Shown: positions 40,790 through 49,661, counted from the stretch's first letter. The stretch: DNA of 64,000 bases from Minisyncoccota bacterium (GCA_040879435.1 JBBDKG010000010.1:2019-66018), one strand, 5' to 3'. Notes: generated from the letters alone by a model not told the origin. Program-made: numbers and translations.

Positions 40790-41896
40790 ATGGAAAAGAA
40801 AGACGATCTGCGGCCTCGGTTCCTGACCCTCCTCGAAGACATGTTTGCCCATCCTCCGAATGCTCGTGAGGTAAAACAATATCGCTTTATGCATACATCG
40901 GGAACCACCGGTATCCCGCTCCCCGTTGTTTGTACCGGTCGGCGAGACTGCAATCCGGCATTTTTAGGGCGTGGTACACGCACGCTCATGCTCTTCGGAT
41001 CGAAACCGCTTCGTCTCGATTTTGCACGCACGTTCGCTGACCCGGATACGCCCAAAAGCGACATCATGTTCTGTTCGCTCACTACGTCAGCACAAGAAAA
41101 CGAACGCATATGGCGTGAGTGGCGTCCGGACGCGATCGCCAGTCCTCCATCAGTTCTACTGCGATTTACACGCGCTTGGCCTGAAAACGCACGCGCGCAG
41201 GTTACCAGCGTCATTCTCGCTGGAGAGTTTGTGAGTAAGGTGGTGAGTGACATTATTCACGAGAGATTCCAGCATGCACGTATTGAGAACTACTACCCAG
41301 CGACTGAGACCGGACTCATTGGTACCCAGTGCTCCTTGTGCGCATGGAATGAATTCCATCCGGTCGACGGCGTTACGTTTTCCATACACGAACCGGACGC
41401 AGACGGACGTGGCGACCTTCTGCTCAGCAAGGAAAACCCGGGTGGCATTGCTTTCACCGACTACCGTGTCGGAGATGTTGCGAGCGAATCAAATCACAAT
41501 GGACACCGCGTCATCGTACTATACGGTAGACGGGGGTTTGACTACATCAAGCTTGCTGAGGCATTGCTGGTCAGAGAGGAGTTTGATCGTGTTGCAATGG
41601 AGCTCGAGCGCTATATCGACGACTACCGTGCCGAACTCACGACCCGTATCGAAGACGGTGTACCAAAGCATCACCTCACACTCCAGGTCATCGCAACGCC
41701 TGATGCCACACGAACAGGGCAAGCCCTTGCGGATCATCTCGCTGCCGAAGTGTCGTCCCGGCTTTTTGTCACACCACACTCCACGCTCAAGGATGCTGTG
41801 GAAAACGAAATATTTGCACCGCTCACCGTCTTGCTCGTAGATACGATCACACATACGACAGCGAAACCGCAGCGTCTGATTCGTGTGGACGCTTAG
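40790..41896 (+). CDS. PaaK-like adenylate-forming enzyme, full length
   Basis: HTSGTTG, LAGE, YPATETG, DYRVGD, YGR; its C-terminus resembles that of 35407..36666. Confidence 0.85.
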   Translation: MEKKDDLRPRFLTLLEDMFAHPPNAREVKQYRFMHTSGTTGIPLPVVCTGRRDCNPAFLGRGTRTLMLFGSKPLRLDFARTFADPDTPKSDIMFCSLTTSAQENERIWREWRPDAIASPPSVLLRFTRAWPENARAQVTSVILAGEFVSKVVSDIIHERFQHARIENYYPATETGLIGTQCSLCAWNEFHPVDGVTFSIHEPDADGRGDLLLSKENPGGIAFTDYRVGDVASESNHNGHRVIVLYGRRGFDYIKLAEALLVREEFDRVAMELERYIDDYRAELTTRIEDGVPKHHLTLQVIATPDATRTGQALADHLAAEVSSRLFVTPHSTLKDAVENEIFAPLTVLLVDTITHTTAKPQRLIRVDA

Positions 41897-41910
41897 CTCC
41901 CTTTCATACT

Positions 41911-42660
41911 ATGGACACCCAGATACTGAATCAATTGATCGAGCAACTCTATACAAGTGAGGAGGGTGGATTGTATCGCACATTCTGGGGCAAAAGACCG
42001 GAAGACTTCTCTACGCTGCCGCTACTCACTCCAGATATTCTCGCCAGCACGTCACTCTACGACCGCACATACAGTCGCGACCAGGGGCTGGTACGGTCCG
42101 TTGCGACGCGTGGCAGTGAGTTTCTCGTAAAGCGCTCGTTCGTTGATATTGCGCACGAGCATCTACCTGTACCATCTGGTTCGCGAGCACTTGTTCTCAC
42201 CACGAATCCAGACGATGCGCTCGAGTACGCACTGTGGTGTTACGAGCATGGTTCGATCCCCTATTATGGCGACGTTGGCAATGTGGAAGTGGCAGTGTTC
42301 TGTGCCGAACACTTCCGCACAAATGTACTCATCACTGACAATGTAACCATTGCATCGCTTATTACTGATGCTCGTATACCGAGTATGATCGAGTTGGTTG
42401 TCATCATTGATCGCGTACACTCTAGTGATCAAACACCGCTTCTTGCGACTGAGCGTGTACTCTACCTGCCTGAAACTGGGTGCCTCGGTCGCATTGAATC
42501 CACCACGGACGGATTGGTGCTACTTGAAGATGGCCGCGTGTTTGCTGAAGTACTGGATGACACACTTGTGGTGACAAAAGCGAACGCGACGACCCCACTG
42601 ATCCGGTACAAAACAGAAATCGCTGCCCGGGTGGAACGCGATACAATCTATCTCGTTTAG
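41911..42660 (+). CDS. Truncated, divergent PaaK-like protein
   Basis: FSTLPLLT, LPETGCLG, LVVT...TPLIRYKT; lacks the SGTTG loop and C-terminal subdomain. Confidence 0.65.
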   Translation: MDTQILNQLIEQLYTSEEGGLYRTFWGKRPEDFSTLPLLTPDILASTSLYDRTYSRDQGLVRSVATRGSEFLVKRSFVDIAHEHLPVPSGSRALVLTTNPDDALEYALWCYEHGSIPYYGDVGNVEVAVFCAEHFRTNVLITDNVTIASLITDARIPSMIELVVIIDRVHSSDQTPLLATERVLYLPETGCLGRIESTTDGLVLLEDGRVFAEVLDDTLVVTKANATTPLIRYKTEIAARVERDTIYLV

Positions 42661-42667
42661 CTCTGTA

Positions 42668-42901
42668 TTATTCTTCGTCGTAGAAACCGCTACAGCTTAC
42701 AAACATGAGCTTATGTTGGTTCTTCTTTTCATTGATGAGATTGCACTGCTTGGTATGCTCATTCGACGCAAGTATTTTTGGCTCCTGCCGCACCAAGAGT
42801 GCTCGAAATTCGTTGTAGTGCACTATCGCAAGATACGCTACTACCGAGAGCGCTACGCCAATTACTATAAGTAGTCTTATATAGAGTGATCGTCGTATCA
42901 T
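42668..42901 (-). CDS. Small membrane-anchored protein ending in C...MFVSCSGFY
   Basis: N-terminal TM; C-terminal motif like 25838..26062; last gene of the fibre operon. Confidence 0.7.
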   Translation of the reverse strand: MIRRSLYIRLLIVIGVALSVVAYLAIVHYNEFRALLVRQEPKILASNEHTKQCNLINEKKNQHKLMFVSCSGFYDEE

Positions 42902-42915
42902 AATGCCATTCTAAT

Positions 42916-43584
42916 CTACCGATCAAACTGCGCAAGCAGTCCTGCCCATACGTCCTTCACGTACCCAACTATCCGCTCCCAGTACGAGACGATGCGATAT
43001 TTGAACGTGTCGGTGTACCCTTCAAACAAGTATTCTCCCTTCTCCACCAACGCATCAGGACCTTTCTCCACCTCGACCTCGATGGGGTTCGCGAGAATGT
43101 ATGGGTCGTGGCGGATGCCGGTGACCTGCCAGGAGACCTTTGCAGAAGGTGGGCCGCCGGCGATGGTGAAGCGGTTGTTCTCGATCTCTTCTTTTATATG
43201 TATATCAGGGGCAGGTGCGGTGATCCCTTTCACCTGATACCGGTAGTCTGTGTTCAGTGCTTCAAAATAACGCGGTAGCGTTACAACCGCCTCTCCCTGT
43301 GCGTTCAGAGTGACAACCCCGTCATACATGTTCTTCACATCCGGTGACTCGACGAACGAGTGATACAGGAGTTTGTTCTCCGGATCGAGTGGGTGGTCGA
43401 TGACGAATGAACCAGAGCCTTTTGAGAGTGCACCGATAACGGACGCTTGATCAGCGATGCTGACCGCTCCGGAGAATGTTACCTGCGCGAGCGCACGCCC
43501 CCAGGCTGGACCAAACGCAATGATGGCCAATGCCCCCACGAGGAGTACCGAATATATGCTGTTTCGTAGCAGGTGTGTGTTCAT
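42916..43584 (-). CDS. Exported 'IDHPLDP' domain protein, copy 3
   Basis: Signal peptide ALAQ; SKGSGSFVIDHPLDPENKLLYHSFVESP...VSWQVTGIRHD; amphipathic C-terminal tail. Confidence 0.85.
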   Translation of the reverse strand: MNTHLLRNSIYSVLLVGALAIIAFGPAWGRALAQVTFSGAVSIADQASVIGALSKGSGSFVIDHPLDPENKLLYHSFVESPDVKNMYDGVVTLNAQGEAVVTLPRYFEALNTDYRYQVKGITAPAPDIHIKEEIENNRFTIAGGPPSAKVSWQVTGIRHDPYILANPIEVEVEKGPDALVEKGEYLFEGYTDTFKYRIVSYWERIVGYVKDVWAGLLAQFDR

Positions 43585-43587
43585 ACG

Positions 43588-44388
43588 CTATTCACTATCC
43601 TCTTCATACCCCTCATGGATATATTCTCCCTGCTCCACCAACGCATCAGGGCCTTTCTCCACCTCGACCTCGATGGGGTTCGCGAGAATGTATGGGTCGT
43701 GGCGGATGCCGGTGACCTGCCAGGAGACCTTTGCAGAAGGTGGGCCGCCGGCGATGGTGAAGCGGTTGTTCTCGATCTCCTCCTTTATATACAGGTCCGG
43801 CGCCGGTTCATCGAGCGCAGTGTATTGGTATCGGTAGTCACTGTTCAGTGCTTCAAAATACTCCGGCAGATCGACCACCGCCTCCCCGTTCTCGTTAAGT
43901 GTGGTCACGCCATCATAGATGTTCTTCACATCCGGTGACTCGACGAACGAGTGATACAGAAGCTTGTTCTCCGGATCGAGTGGGTGGTCGATGACGAATG
44001 AACCAGAGCCTTTGGAGATGCTGTTCGTGACCGCAAGGTTTGAGTTCATGGTCACGCTCCCGGAGAAGGTAACATCATAGGTACTCTGATAGTACGTTTG
44101 GTAATAGGATTGGTAATAGGATTGGTAGTACGCCTGATAGTACGATTGATAGTAGCTTTGATAATACGACTGGTAATACCCTTGGTAGTATCCTTGATAA
44201 TACCCCTGGTAATAGCCTTGATAGTATCCTTGGTAGTAGCCCTGATAGTAGCTTTGGTAGTAGACTTGATAGTAGCTTTGACTGTACGCACCTGCATAAG
44301 ACGCGGATGCAAACATACCGACCAGCGTACATACGCCCACGATCAGAACGGCGACCAACTGCCTACGTCCCCTTATTCTGTTACTCAT
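43588..44388 (-). CDS. Exported 'IDHPLDP' domain protein with (YYQx)15 repeat, copy 2
   Basis: Start MSNRI overlaps the upstream stop; signal peptide; YYQ repeats; same C-terminal domain. Confidence 0.85.
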   Translation of the reverse strand: MSNRIRGRRQLVAVLIVGVCTLVGMFASASYAGAYSQSYYQVYYQSYYQGYYQGYYQGYYQGYYQGYYQGYYQSYYQSYYQSYYQAYYQSYYQSYYQTYYQSTYDVTFSGSVTMNSNLAVTNSISKGSGSFVIDHPLDPENKLLYHSFVESPDVKNIYDGVTTLNENGEAVVDLPEYFEALNSDYRYQYTALDEPAPDLYIKEEIENNRFTIAGGPPSAKVSWQVTGIRHDPYILANPIEVEVEKGPDALVEQGEYIHEGYEEDSE

Positions 44389-44566
44389 TCGTATCATCAT
44401 AGTACCCCTCATGGATATATTCTCCCTGCTCCACCAACGCATCAGGGCCTTTCTCCACCTCGACCTCGATGGGGTTCGCGAGAATGTATGGGTCGTGGCG
44501 GATGCCGGTGACCTGCCAGGAGACCTTTGCAGAAGGTGGGCCGCCGGCGATGGTGAAGCGGTTGTT
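43607..44566. repeat. 164-bp identical direct repeat (43607-43770 = 44403-44566); near-identical third copy at 43042-43188
   Basis: Alignment by eye of the three paralog 3' regions. Confidence 0.9.
44077..44286 (-). repeat. 12-bp coding tandem repeat encoding YSQS(YYQ[G/S/A/T/V])15
   Basis: Direct reading; synonymous codons vary between units. Confidence 0.95.
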
Positions 44567-44995
44567 TTCGACACCACCACGAACGTGGAGCGTTGGTCCG
44601 GGCTCACCGATCGGCGTGAGGAGGAAGCGGACGTTCTCACGATCATTCAATGCTTCAAAGTAGTCAGGTAGCGTAACCACTGCTTCCCCGTTCTCGTTAA
44701 GTGTCGCCACACCATCATAGATGTTCTTCACATCCGGTGATTCCACGAACGAGTGATACAGGAGTTTGTTCTCCGGATCGAGTGGGTGGTCGATGACGAA
44801 GGTTCCGGAGCCCTTGGAGAGCGAACCAACCACAGAGAGGTTCTGGAGGAAGTCTGCACTACCGGAGATCGACACCTGTGCAAAGGTGGCGAGCGGGTGA
44901 TACAACGTCGCGAGTGCCGTTGCACACACAACACCCGCGCAAAACGCCAGAAGGCGATGTCGAGGGATACGTAGTTGTTGCAGGTTGGTGATCAT
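44381..44995 (-). CDS. Exported 'IDHPLDP' domain protein, copy 1
   Basis: Start MITNL after the fibre-gene stop; signal ..TFAQ; same domain. Confidence 0.85.
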   Translation of the reverse strand: MITNLQQLRIPRHRLLAFCAGVVCATALATLYHPLATFAQVSISGSADFLQNLSVVGSLSKGSGTFVIDHPLDPENKLLYHSFVESPDVKNIYDGVATLNENGEAVVTLPDYFEALNDRENVRFLLTPIGEPGPTLHVRGGVENNRFTIAGGPPSAKVSWQVTGIRHDPYILANPIEVEVEKGPDALVEQGEYIHEGYYDDTNE

Positions 44996-44999
44996 ATCC

Positions 45000-47900
45000 T
45001 TATTTCTCCTCTTCAAGGTCGAAGTGCGGCTTTGTATCCTGATCCGGTCGGATGTTGCTCCACTCCATCCAGTCGAAGCGGTTCGCCATGAACCGAGCCG
45101 ATACCTCACCCGGCGCGGTCGCCTGGATGACGAGCGCATTGTTCTTGAAGTCCTTGGTGTAGAACACTCTACCATCAAATCCGGCAGTGAGGGTAACGGC
45201 GAGTTTCTCCCACAGAACCCCGAAGTCCGTCACCTGGTAGAAGAGCCAGAGGTCGCTCGCCTTCGCGAGATCATTCCAACTGATGCGGTACTCGTAGTAG
45301 CCCGTTTCCTCGTTCCGCTCGGTGAGTTTGATGGTCTCGGACGCCTCCTCCTTCACACCGATCGCCGAGACACCGAACGTTGCGTAGTTCACACCACCGA
45401 TGCGGTAGATCGGGTCGATGGTCGCCACGTCAAGCTTTCCGTGAATGATGACGTCCCGCTCCACAATGATGTTACCGGTACCGGTCGGAGATGACGCCGG
45501 ACAGGAGCCCCCGGAACATGTCCAGATGTTCTCATCGTTGTATCTGACGTCCCCGCCCTGTGCGTTCACAATGAGGTCGCCGGCAGAGTCCACTTGGAAG
45601 TCAGCGTAACGGGTTGCGTCGTATGAGATACGGAACTGGTCGTCGGAGACGGTATCAAACACCTGCAAGCGCTTGTTTGGTGTGGTGGTGCCGATGCCGA
45701 CGTTGCCGCCAGTATCCAGAGTGAATGCCTGTCCATCATCAGCATGGGAACCAACCCCAATGATCAGACGGTTCGAGTTCCCTCCACGATCAAGCCCGAC
45801 ATATCCTAAACCACCAGCGCTATTTCCAAACGACACTTGCGGTGCAATAGCAGTACTTGCAGTAACGATATCAAGCAGGGTTGAAGGCGTCGTCGTCCCG
45901 ATCCCCACGTTCCCCGCGCTGGTGATACGCATACGTTCAGCCAAGGTGGAGGTGCCGGTTGGGACGGTAAAGAAGCGGAGGTCGGTAGCCACTGAGGTGT
46001 TGGTGTAGTTCTCCATGGCCAAGGCCTGGATAGAGGCTCCGGTTCTCCAGGCACTGGTACCGTAGCCCTGGAAGTTAAAGTACCCGAGGTCGTCTCCAGA
46101 CTGAGTGGCAGTTGGCGTGTCGGGGTTACCGCGTGAAGCGCCGAGACTCATTTCAGGAGCGGCGGCGAAGCCACCGAGGTCGGACGAGGTCCGGTTGGTG
46201 AAGCCTGAGTAGTTGTCGCTGGTAATGTTGAGATATCCGCCGTCGTCGTATTTCAAAGTAGAGGTGGCGGTGCCAAAGGAGTTGATGCTAAAAAGTGTGT
46301 CGTATGAACCGGCGCTGTTGGTCTGGTAGATGCTGAGTTTGCTGTTTGGTGTGGTGGTGCCGATGCCGACGTTGCCGTCCGAATCAACAAACACGCCCTC
46401 ATCATCACCATCACCAGACAGAAAGTTCGACCCGAGCGCAATATTTGCTCCAGTTCCGGTGAATACAAGATTTCCGGAGATCTCATCGCCCGTGTTTAGG
46501 ACGTAGTCGTCATCGACATCGATCGTGTTGCCGGTCCACGTAAGCCCGGTACCGGCGGTGATGCGGGTGCTTGGCGTGTTGAAGAAATTGTTCCAAGCGG
46601 TGGTTGATGCAGTTGTAGAGATCTCATACCCGGACGACAACGCAACGGAGTCACCGGAAAGCTCAAGACCAGGCGCGGACACAGCAAGGTTCGAGTAGTC
46701 GCTGATGTCGACAGCATCAGCATTCCACGTACCGGTCGTGATGGTACCAACGGTCGCAAGCGACGCAGCACTTGCAAGATTCGCCAGCGTATCGATCGCA
46801 GACTCAATGGTCGCTTCGGTCGTCGCGTCGAGCGCGTCGACATTCTGGAGCGTCAGCGTGCCAGACGAGTCGCTGAACGGTACCGATGCTCCGATCTGCA
46901 ACCCGCTGTTCGGCAGGATGAGCGTGCCGGTCATCGTGTCGCCCGTGTTCTGCACGAACGCATCCTGAATGAACGCCGCAGAGAGCGTCGTCGACGCAGA
47001 GATCGTTCCGGTGTTGTCTGTGACCAACACGCCGTTCGATAGAGTGGAAATGCTCACCGCACCGCTCGATGAGACATCGAAGTAGCTGGTGCCACTTGAC
47101 GACGCCACGTTGAATATATCAGCAGACTGTCCGGCAGTACCACGCACATCGAGCGTAGTCACGGTCGTGGTCGACGAATCATTCTGAATGAACGTCGGCT
47201 GGTTGAAGTCGAACCGGTCACGGGTCGCGTCCCACGTAATGAGTGCGTTCGGTACCACGACACCACGATAGAAGATGAGACTGATCGACTCCGCATCAGC
47301 GCTCGCGTTGTCGCTGTTGATGGTGAAGTTGTTCGACTGCGTACCGGAGATCGAGGTCGAAGCAGCTGAAATGTTGTTGGCGGTGATGGTGTCGAAATAG
47401 CCGTCGTTCCAGAAGAACGCCGGTGAACCGATGTCATAGGTGGCGTTGATGGTCGGGATGAGGTCGGAACCGATGCTTGAGTTGATTACAAGCGTACTTG
47501 CAGACGACGTCCCGACCACGTATGAATCGCCGGTGACGGTGAGGTCGCCGTCGATCGATACGTCACCCGACGCTGAGATATTGCCGAAGGTGCTCGTCGC
47601 GTTCGCATCACTCGCTACAAACCTTGACGCCGTGATCACTCCGCTTGCCACACTGTCCCCGACCGTGAGGTGCGTGATACTGGTCGTCGCAAGCGTCGAC
47701 GTTCCCGTGACGGTGAGTTCACCGAATGTACCGAACGATGCAAGCAGGTTCGTAATGAAACTATTGGTCGAAGTAGCGTTCGTTGATACGAGGTTGGTAC
47801 TTGTGGAATTCGTTGCAATAAGGTCGGTCACGGTCCCGCTGGTGATCGTCGCATCCGTGATAGTCGTTGTTGCAAGCGTGGCGCTGCTGGTCACTCTCAA

Positions 47901-48830
47901 GTTCGTACTGGTTGCATTCGTTGCGACAAGGTCGGTTATCAAACCACTGGTGATCGTCGCATCCGTGATAGTGGTGGTCGCGAGTGTTGAGAGGCCGAGT
48001 ACGGTAAGGGCCGCGTCGACGATGAGCGAGTCGGTCAATCGCGCACTGCCGACCACATCAAGCGCATAGAGCGGAGTCGAGGTGCCGATACCGATACGAT
48101 TCAGACTTGAATCGATGAAGAGCGTGCTGTTGTCGAAGTTAAGGTCGGCGGCGTTGGTGTCGAGATCGAACGTAGTGGTCGCGTCGACCGTGAGTGCGTC
48201 ACGGAATTCAGTGAAGTCGAGTGAGTCCGCCGTCACATGAGAACCATTGAGCGTGCTGGTGGACACCTCACCGAGCCAGTTGACGAACAATAGGCTGTTG
48301 CCGAGCGTGCCCCTGATATCGTCGAGTGTGAAGGATCCTTGAATGACCGTATCGACCGTCACATTGTCAATGGCACCACTCAGATCATCACGGTTGTCGC
48401 TATCCTGTGTGCCGCTTTGTCGGCGCAGTCTCGCGACCTCGTCCTCAAGGTCAGCGATGTCCTCTTGGATATACGTGATGGTCTGCTGATTGAAGATGAC
48501 TGCATTCAGTGCCTCATCCACCTTGCGCAACATCCCTATGAGGCCGGAGGAAGAGGATGCCGGTGCAGCTTCTTCACGGATCACGATCTCTTCACGAATG
48601 ATAGTCGCCGGAGCCGGTGACTGCGGTAGTGCGGTGTCGCCGGAGCTCGTGTTGTTTCCGTCGCCGATAATCAAGCAGCCACCAACTTCAGAGAGTGCAG
48701 GAGTCGCAAGGGAGCAGAAGACAGCGGCCACTCCGGGTATCGTTCCGAGTTTCTGGTACATGGCCGCCGTCAGTCCCCCGAGCACCAGAAAGGCTACGAT
48801 CATACTGATAATTCCCCTACGTGTAGGCAT
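45000..48830 (-). CDS. Large membrane-anchored fibre/adhesin-like protein
   Basis: N-terminal TM, coiled coil, many N[AS]TST repeats, four [GR][NI][VG]GIGT[TS]TP-type repeats, beta-rich. Confidence 0.8.
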   Translation of the reverse strand: MPTRRGIISMIVAFLVLGGLTAAMYQKLGTIPGVAAVFCSLATPALSEVGGCLIIGDGNNTSSGDTALPQSPAPATIIREEIVIREEAAPASSSSGLIGMLRKVDEALNAVIFNQQTITYIQEDIADLEDEVARLRRQSGTQDSDNRDDLSGAIDNVTVDTVIQGSFTLDDIRGTLGNSLLFVNWLGEVSTSTLNGSHVTADSLDFTEFRDALTVDATTTFDLDTNAADLNFDNSTLFIDSSLNRIGIGTSTPLYALDVVGSARLTDSLIVDAALTVLGLSTLATTTITDATITSGLITDLVATNATSTNLRVTSSATLATTTITDATITSGTVTDLIATNSTSTNLVSTNATSTNSFITNLLASFGTFGELTVTGTSTLATTSITHLTVGDSVASGVITASRFVASDANATSTFGNISASGDVSIDGDLTVTGDSYVVGTSSASTLVINSSIGSDLIPTINATYDIGSPAFFWNDGYFDTITANNISAASTSISGTQSNNFTINSDNASADAESISLIFYRGVVVPNALITWDATRDRFDFNQPTFIQNDSSTTTVTTLDVRGTAGQSADIFNVASSSGTSYFDVSSSGAVSISTLSNGVLVTDNTGTISASTTLSAAFIQDAFVQNTGDTMTGTLILPNSGLQIGASVPFSDSSGTLTLQNVDALDATTEATIESAIDTLANLASAASLATVGTITTGTWNADAVDISDYSNLAVSAPGLELSGDSVALSSGYEISTTASTTAWNNFFNTPSTRITAGTGLTWTGNTIDVDDDYVLNTGDEISGNLVFTGTGANIALGSNFLSGDGDDEGVFVDSDGNVGIGTTTPNSKLSIYQTNSAGSYDTLFSINSFGTATSTLKYDDGGYLNITSDNYSGFTNRTSSDLGGFAAAPEMSLGASRGNPDTPTATQSGDDLGYFNFQGYGTSAWRTGASIQALAMENYTNTSVATDLRFFTVPTGTSTLAERMRITSAGNVGIGTTTPSTLLDIVTASTAIAPQVSFGNSAGGLGYVGLDRGGNSNRLIIGVGSHADDGQAFTLDTGGNVGIGTTTPNKRLQVFDTVSDDQFRISYDATRYADFQVDSAGDLIVNAQGGDVRYNDENIWTCSGGSCPASSPTGTGNIIVERDVIIHGKLDVATIDPIYRIGGVNYATFGVSAIGVKEEASETIKLTERNEETGYYEYRISWNDLAKASDLWLFYQVTDFGVLWEKLAVTLTAGFDGRVFYTKDFKNNALVIQATAPGEVSARFMANRFDWMEWSNIRPDQDTKPHFDLEEEK

Positions 48831-48984
48831 CAGTTCATTTTACCAAGAAGACCTCCTTTAAACCTCCAAAAAACGGCTATTTTTGTGCATAAGTTTGCAA
48901 TTTCTATGGTCTGATTTGTCCCCTGTTTTGCTGTCTCGCTCCCGTTGCATTCCCTGTGTGCGTGTGGTATGCTCGACCCCACTT

Positions 48985-49227
48985 ATGGCAACAAACGTTC
49001 AGGTAGAGAAGAACAATAACGAATCAAGCGCGAACGTGATCCGCCGCTTCACCAAGCGGGTTCAGGGAGCGGGCATCGTTCGCCGTATCCGCGACAGCCG
49101 CTACTACTCCCGCATGAAGAGCGAGAACGTCCGCAAGGAGGCCCGTCTCAAGAAACTCGCGAAGAAGACCGAATACGATCGCCTATACAAGCTCGGCAAG
49201 GTGGAGGAGACACGAAAGCGACGATAG
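48985..49227 (+). CDS. rpsU: 30S ribosomal protein S21-like
   Basis: V.K..NES...IRRFTKRVQ.AGI...R..RYY; basic. Confidence 0.8.
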   Translation: MATNVQVEKNNNESSANVIRRFTKRVQGAGIVRRIRDSRYYSRMKSENVRKEARLKKLAKKTEYDRLYKLGKVEETRKRR

Positions 49228-49271
49228 AGAAAGTGCCCCACAAGGGGCGCTTTTCTTGATACACTACCCCC

Positions 49272-49661
49272 ATGTCCACGACCATTTCAGCAACGGCGCG
49301 CTCCTACCCGAAACAGCTTCCGTATGCGGCTATCACAGATGCCGTCTTGGGAAAACGCTACGAACTCTCACTCGTCTTTGTTGGTCGCACGCGTGCACAA
49401 ACGCTCAACAAAACCACACGAGGAAAATCGTATGTGCCAAACGTACTTTCCTTCCCACTCACTGACGCAACCGGCGAGATATACATCACACTAGAGGTTG
49501 CAAAACGTGAAGCGCGGAAATACAACATGAGCCAGAAGACATACATCGCGTACCTCTTCGTCCACGGACTGCTTCATCTCAAAGGGTACGACCACGGGGA
49601 GCAGATGGAGCGTCTTGAACAGAAGTTCCTTGCTGCATTCAAACTATCCTCCCGAGATTAG
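49272..49661 (+). CDS. ybeY: rRNA maturation RNase YbeY
   Basis: NVLSFP, GEIYI, VHGLLHLKGYDH. Confidence 0.92.
   Translation: MSTTISATARSYPKQLPYAAITDAVLGKRYELSLVFVGRTRAQTLNKTTRGKSYVPNVLSFPLTDATGEIYITLEVAKREARKYNMSQKTYIAYLFVHGLLHLKGYDHGEQMERLEQKFLAAFKLSSRD

Noticed and set aside
44077-44286. CRISPR array
   Set aside because: 12-bp degenerate coding repeat with no spacers and no cas genes
44389-44646. N-terminal extension of the 352-aa ORF, and similar extensions of 44381..45178, 37484..39295, 27232..28644 and 20856..21647
   Set aside because: They overlap upstream genes or non-coding elements; downstream ATGs give proper signal peptides or domain starts
43042-44815. Diversity-generating retroelement TR/VR pair
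   Set aside because: No reverse transcriptase in the window, all copies lie within intact paralogous CDSs, and the differences are not adenine-specific
45000-48830. Prophage tail-fibre region
   Set aside because: No capsid, terminase, portal or integrase genes; the protein has an N-terminal membrane anchor, indicating a cellular surface protein
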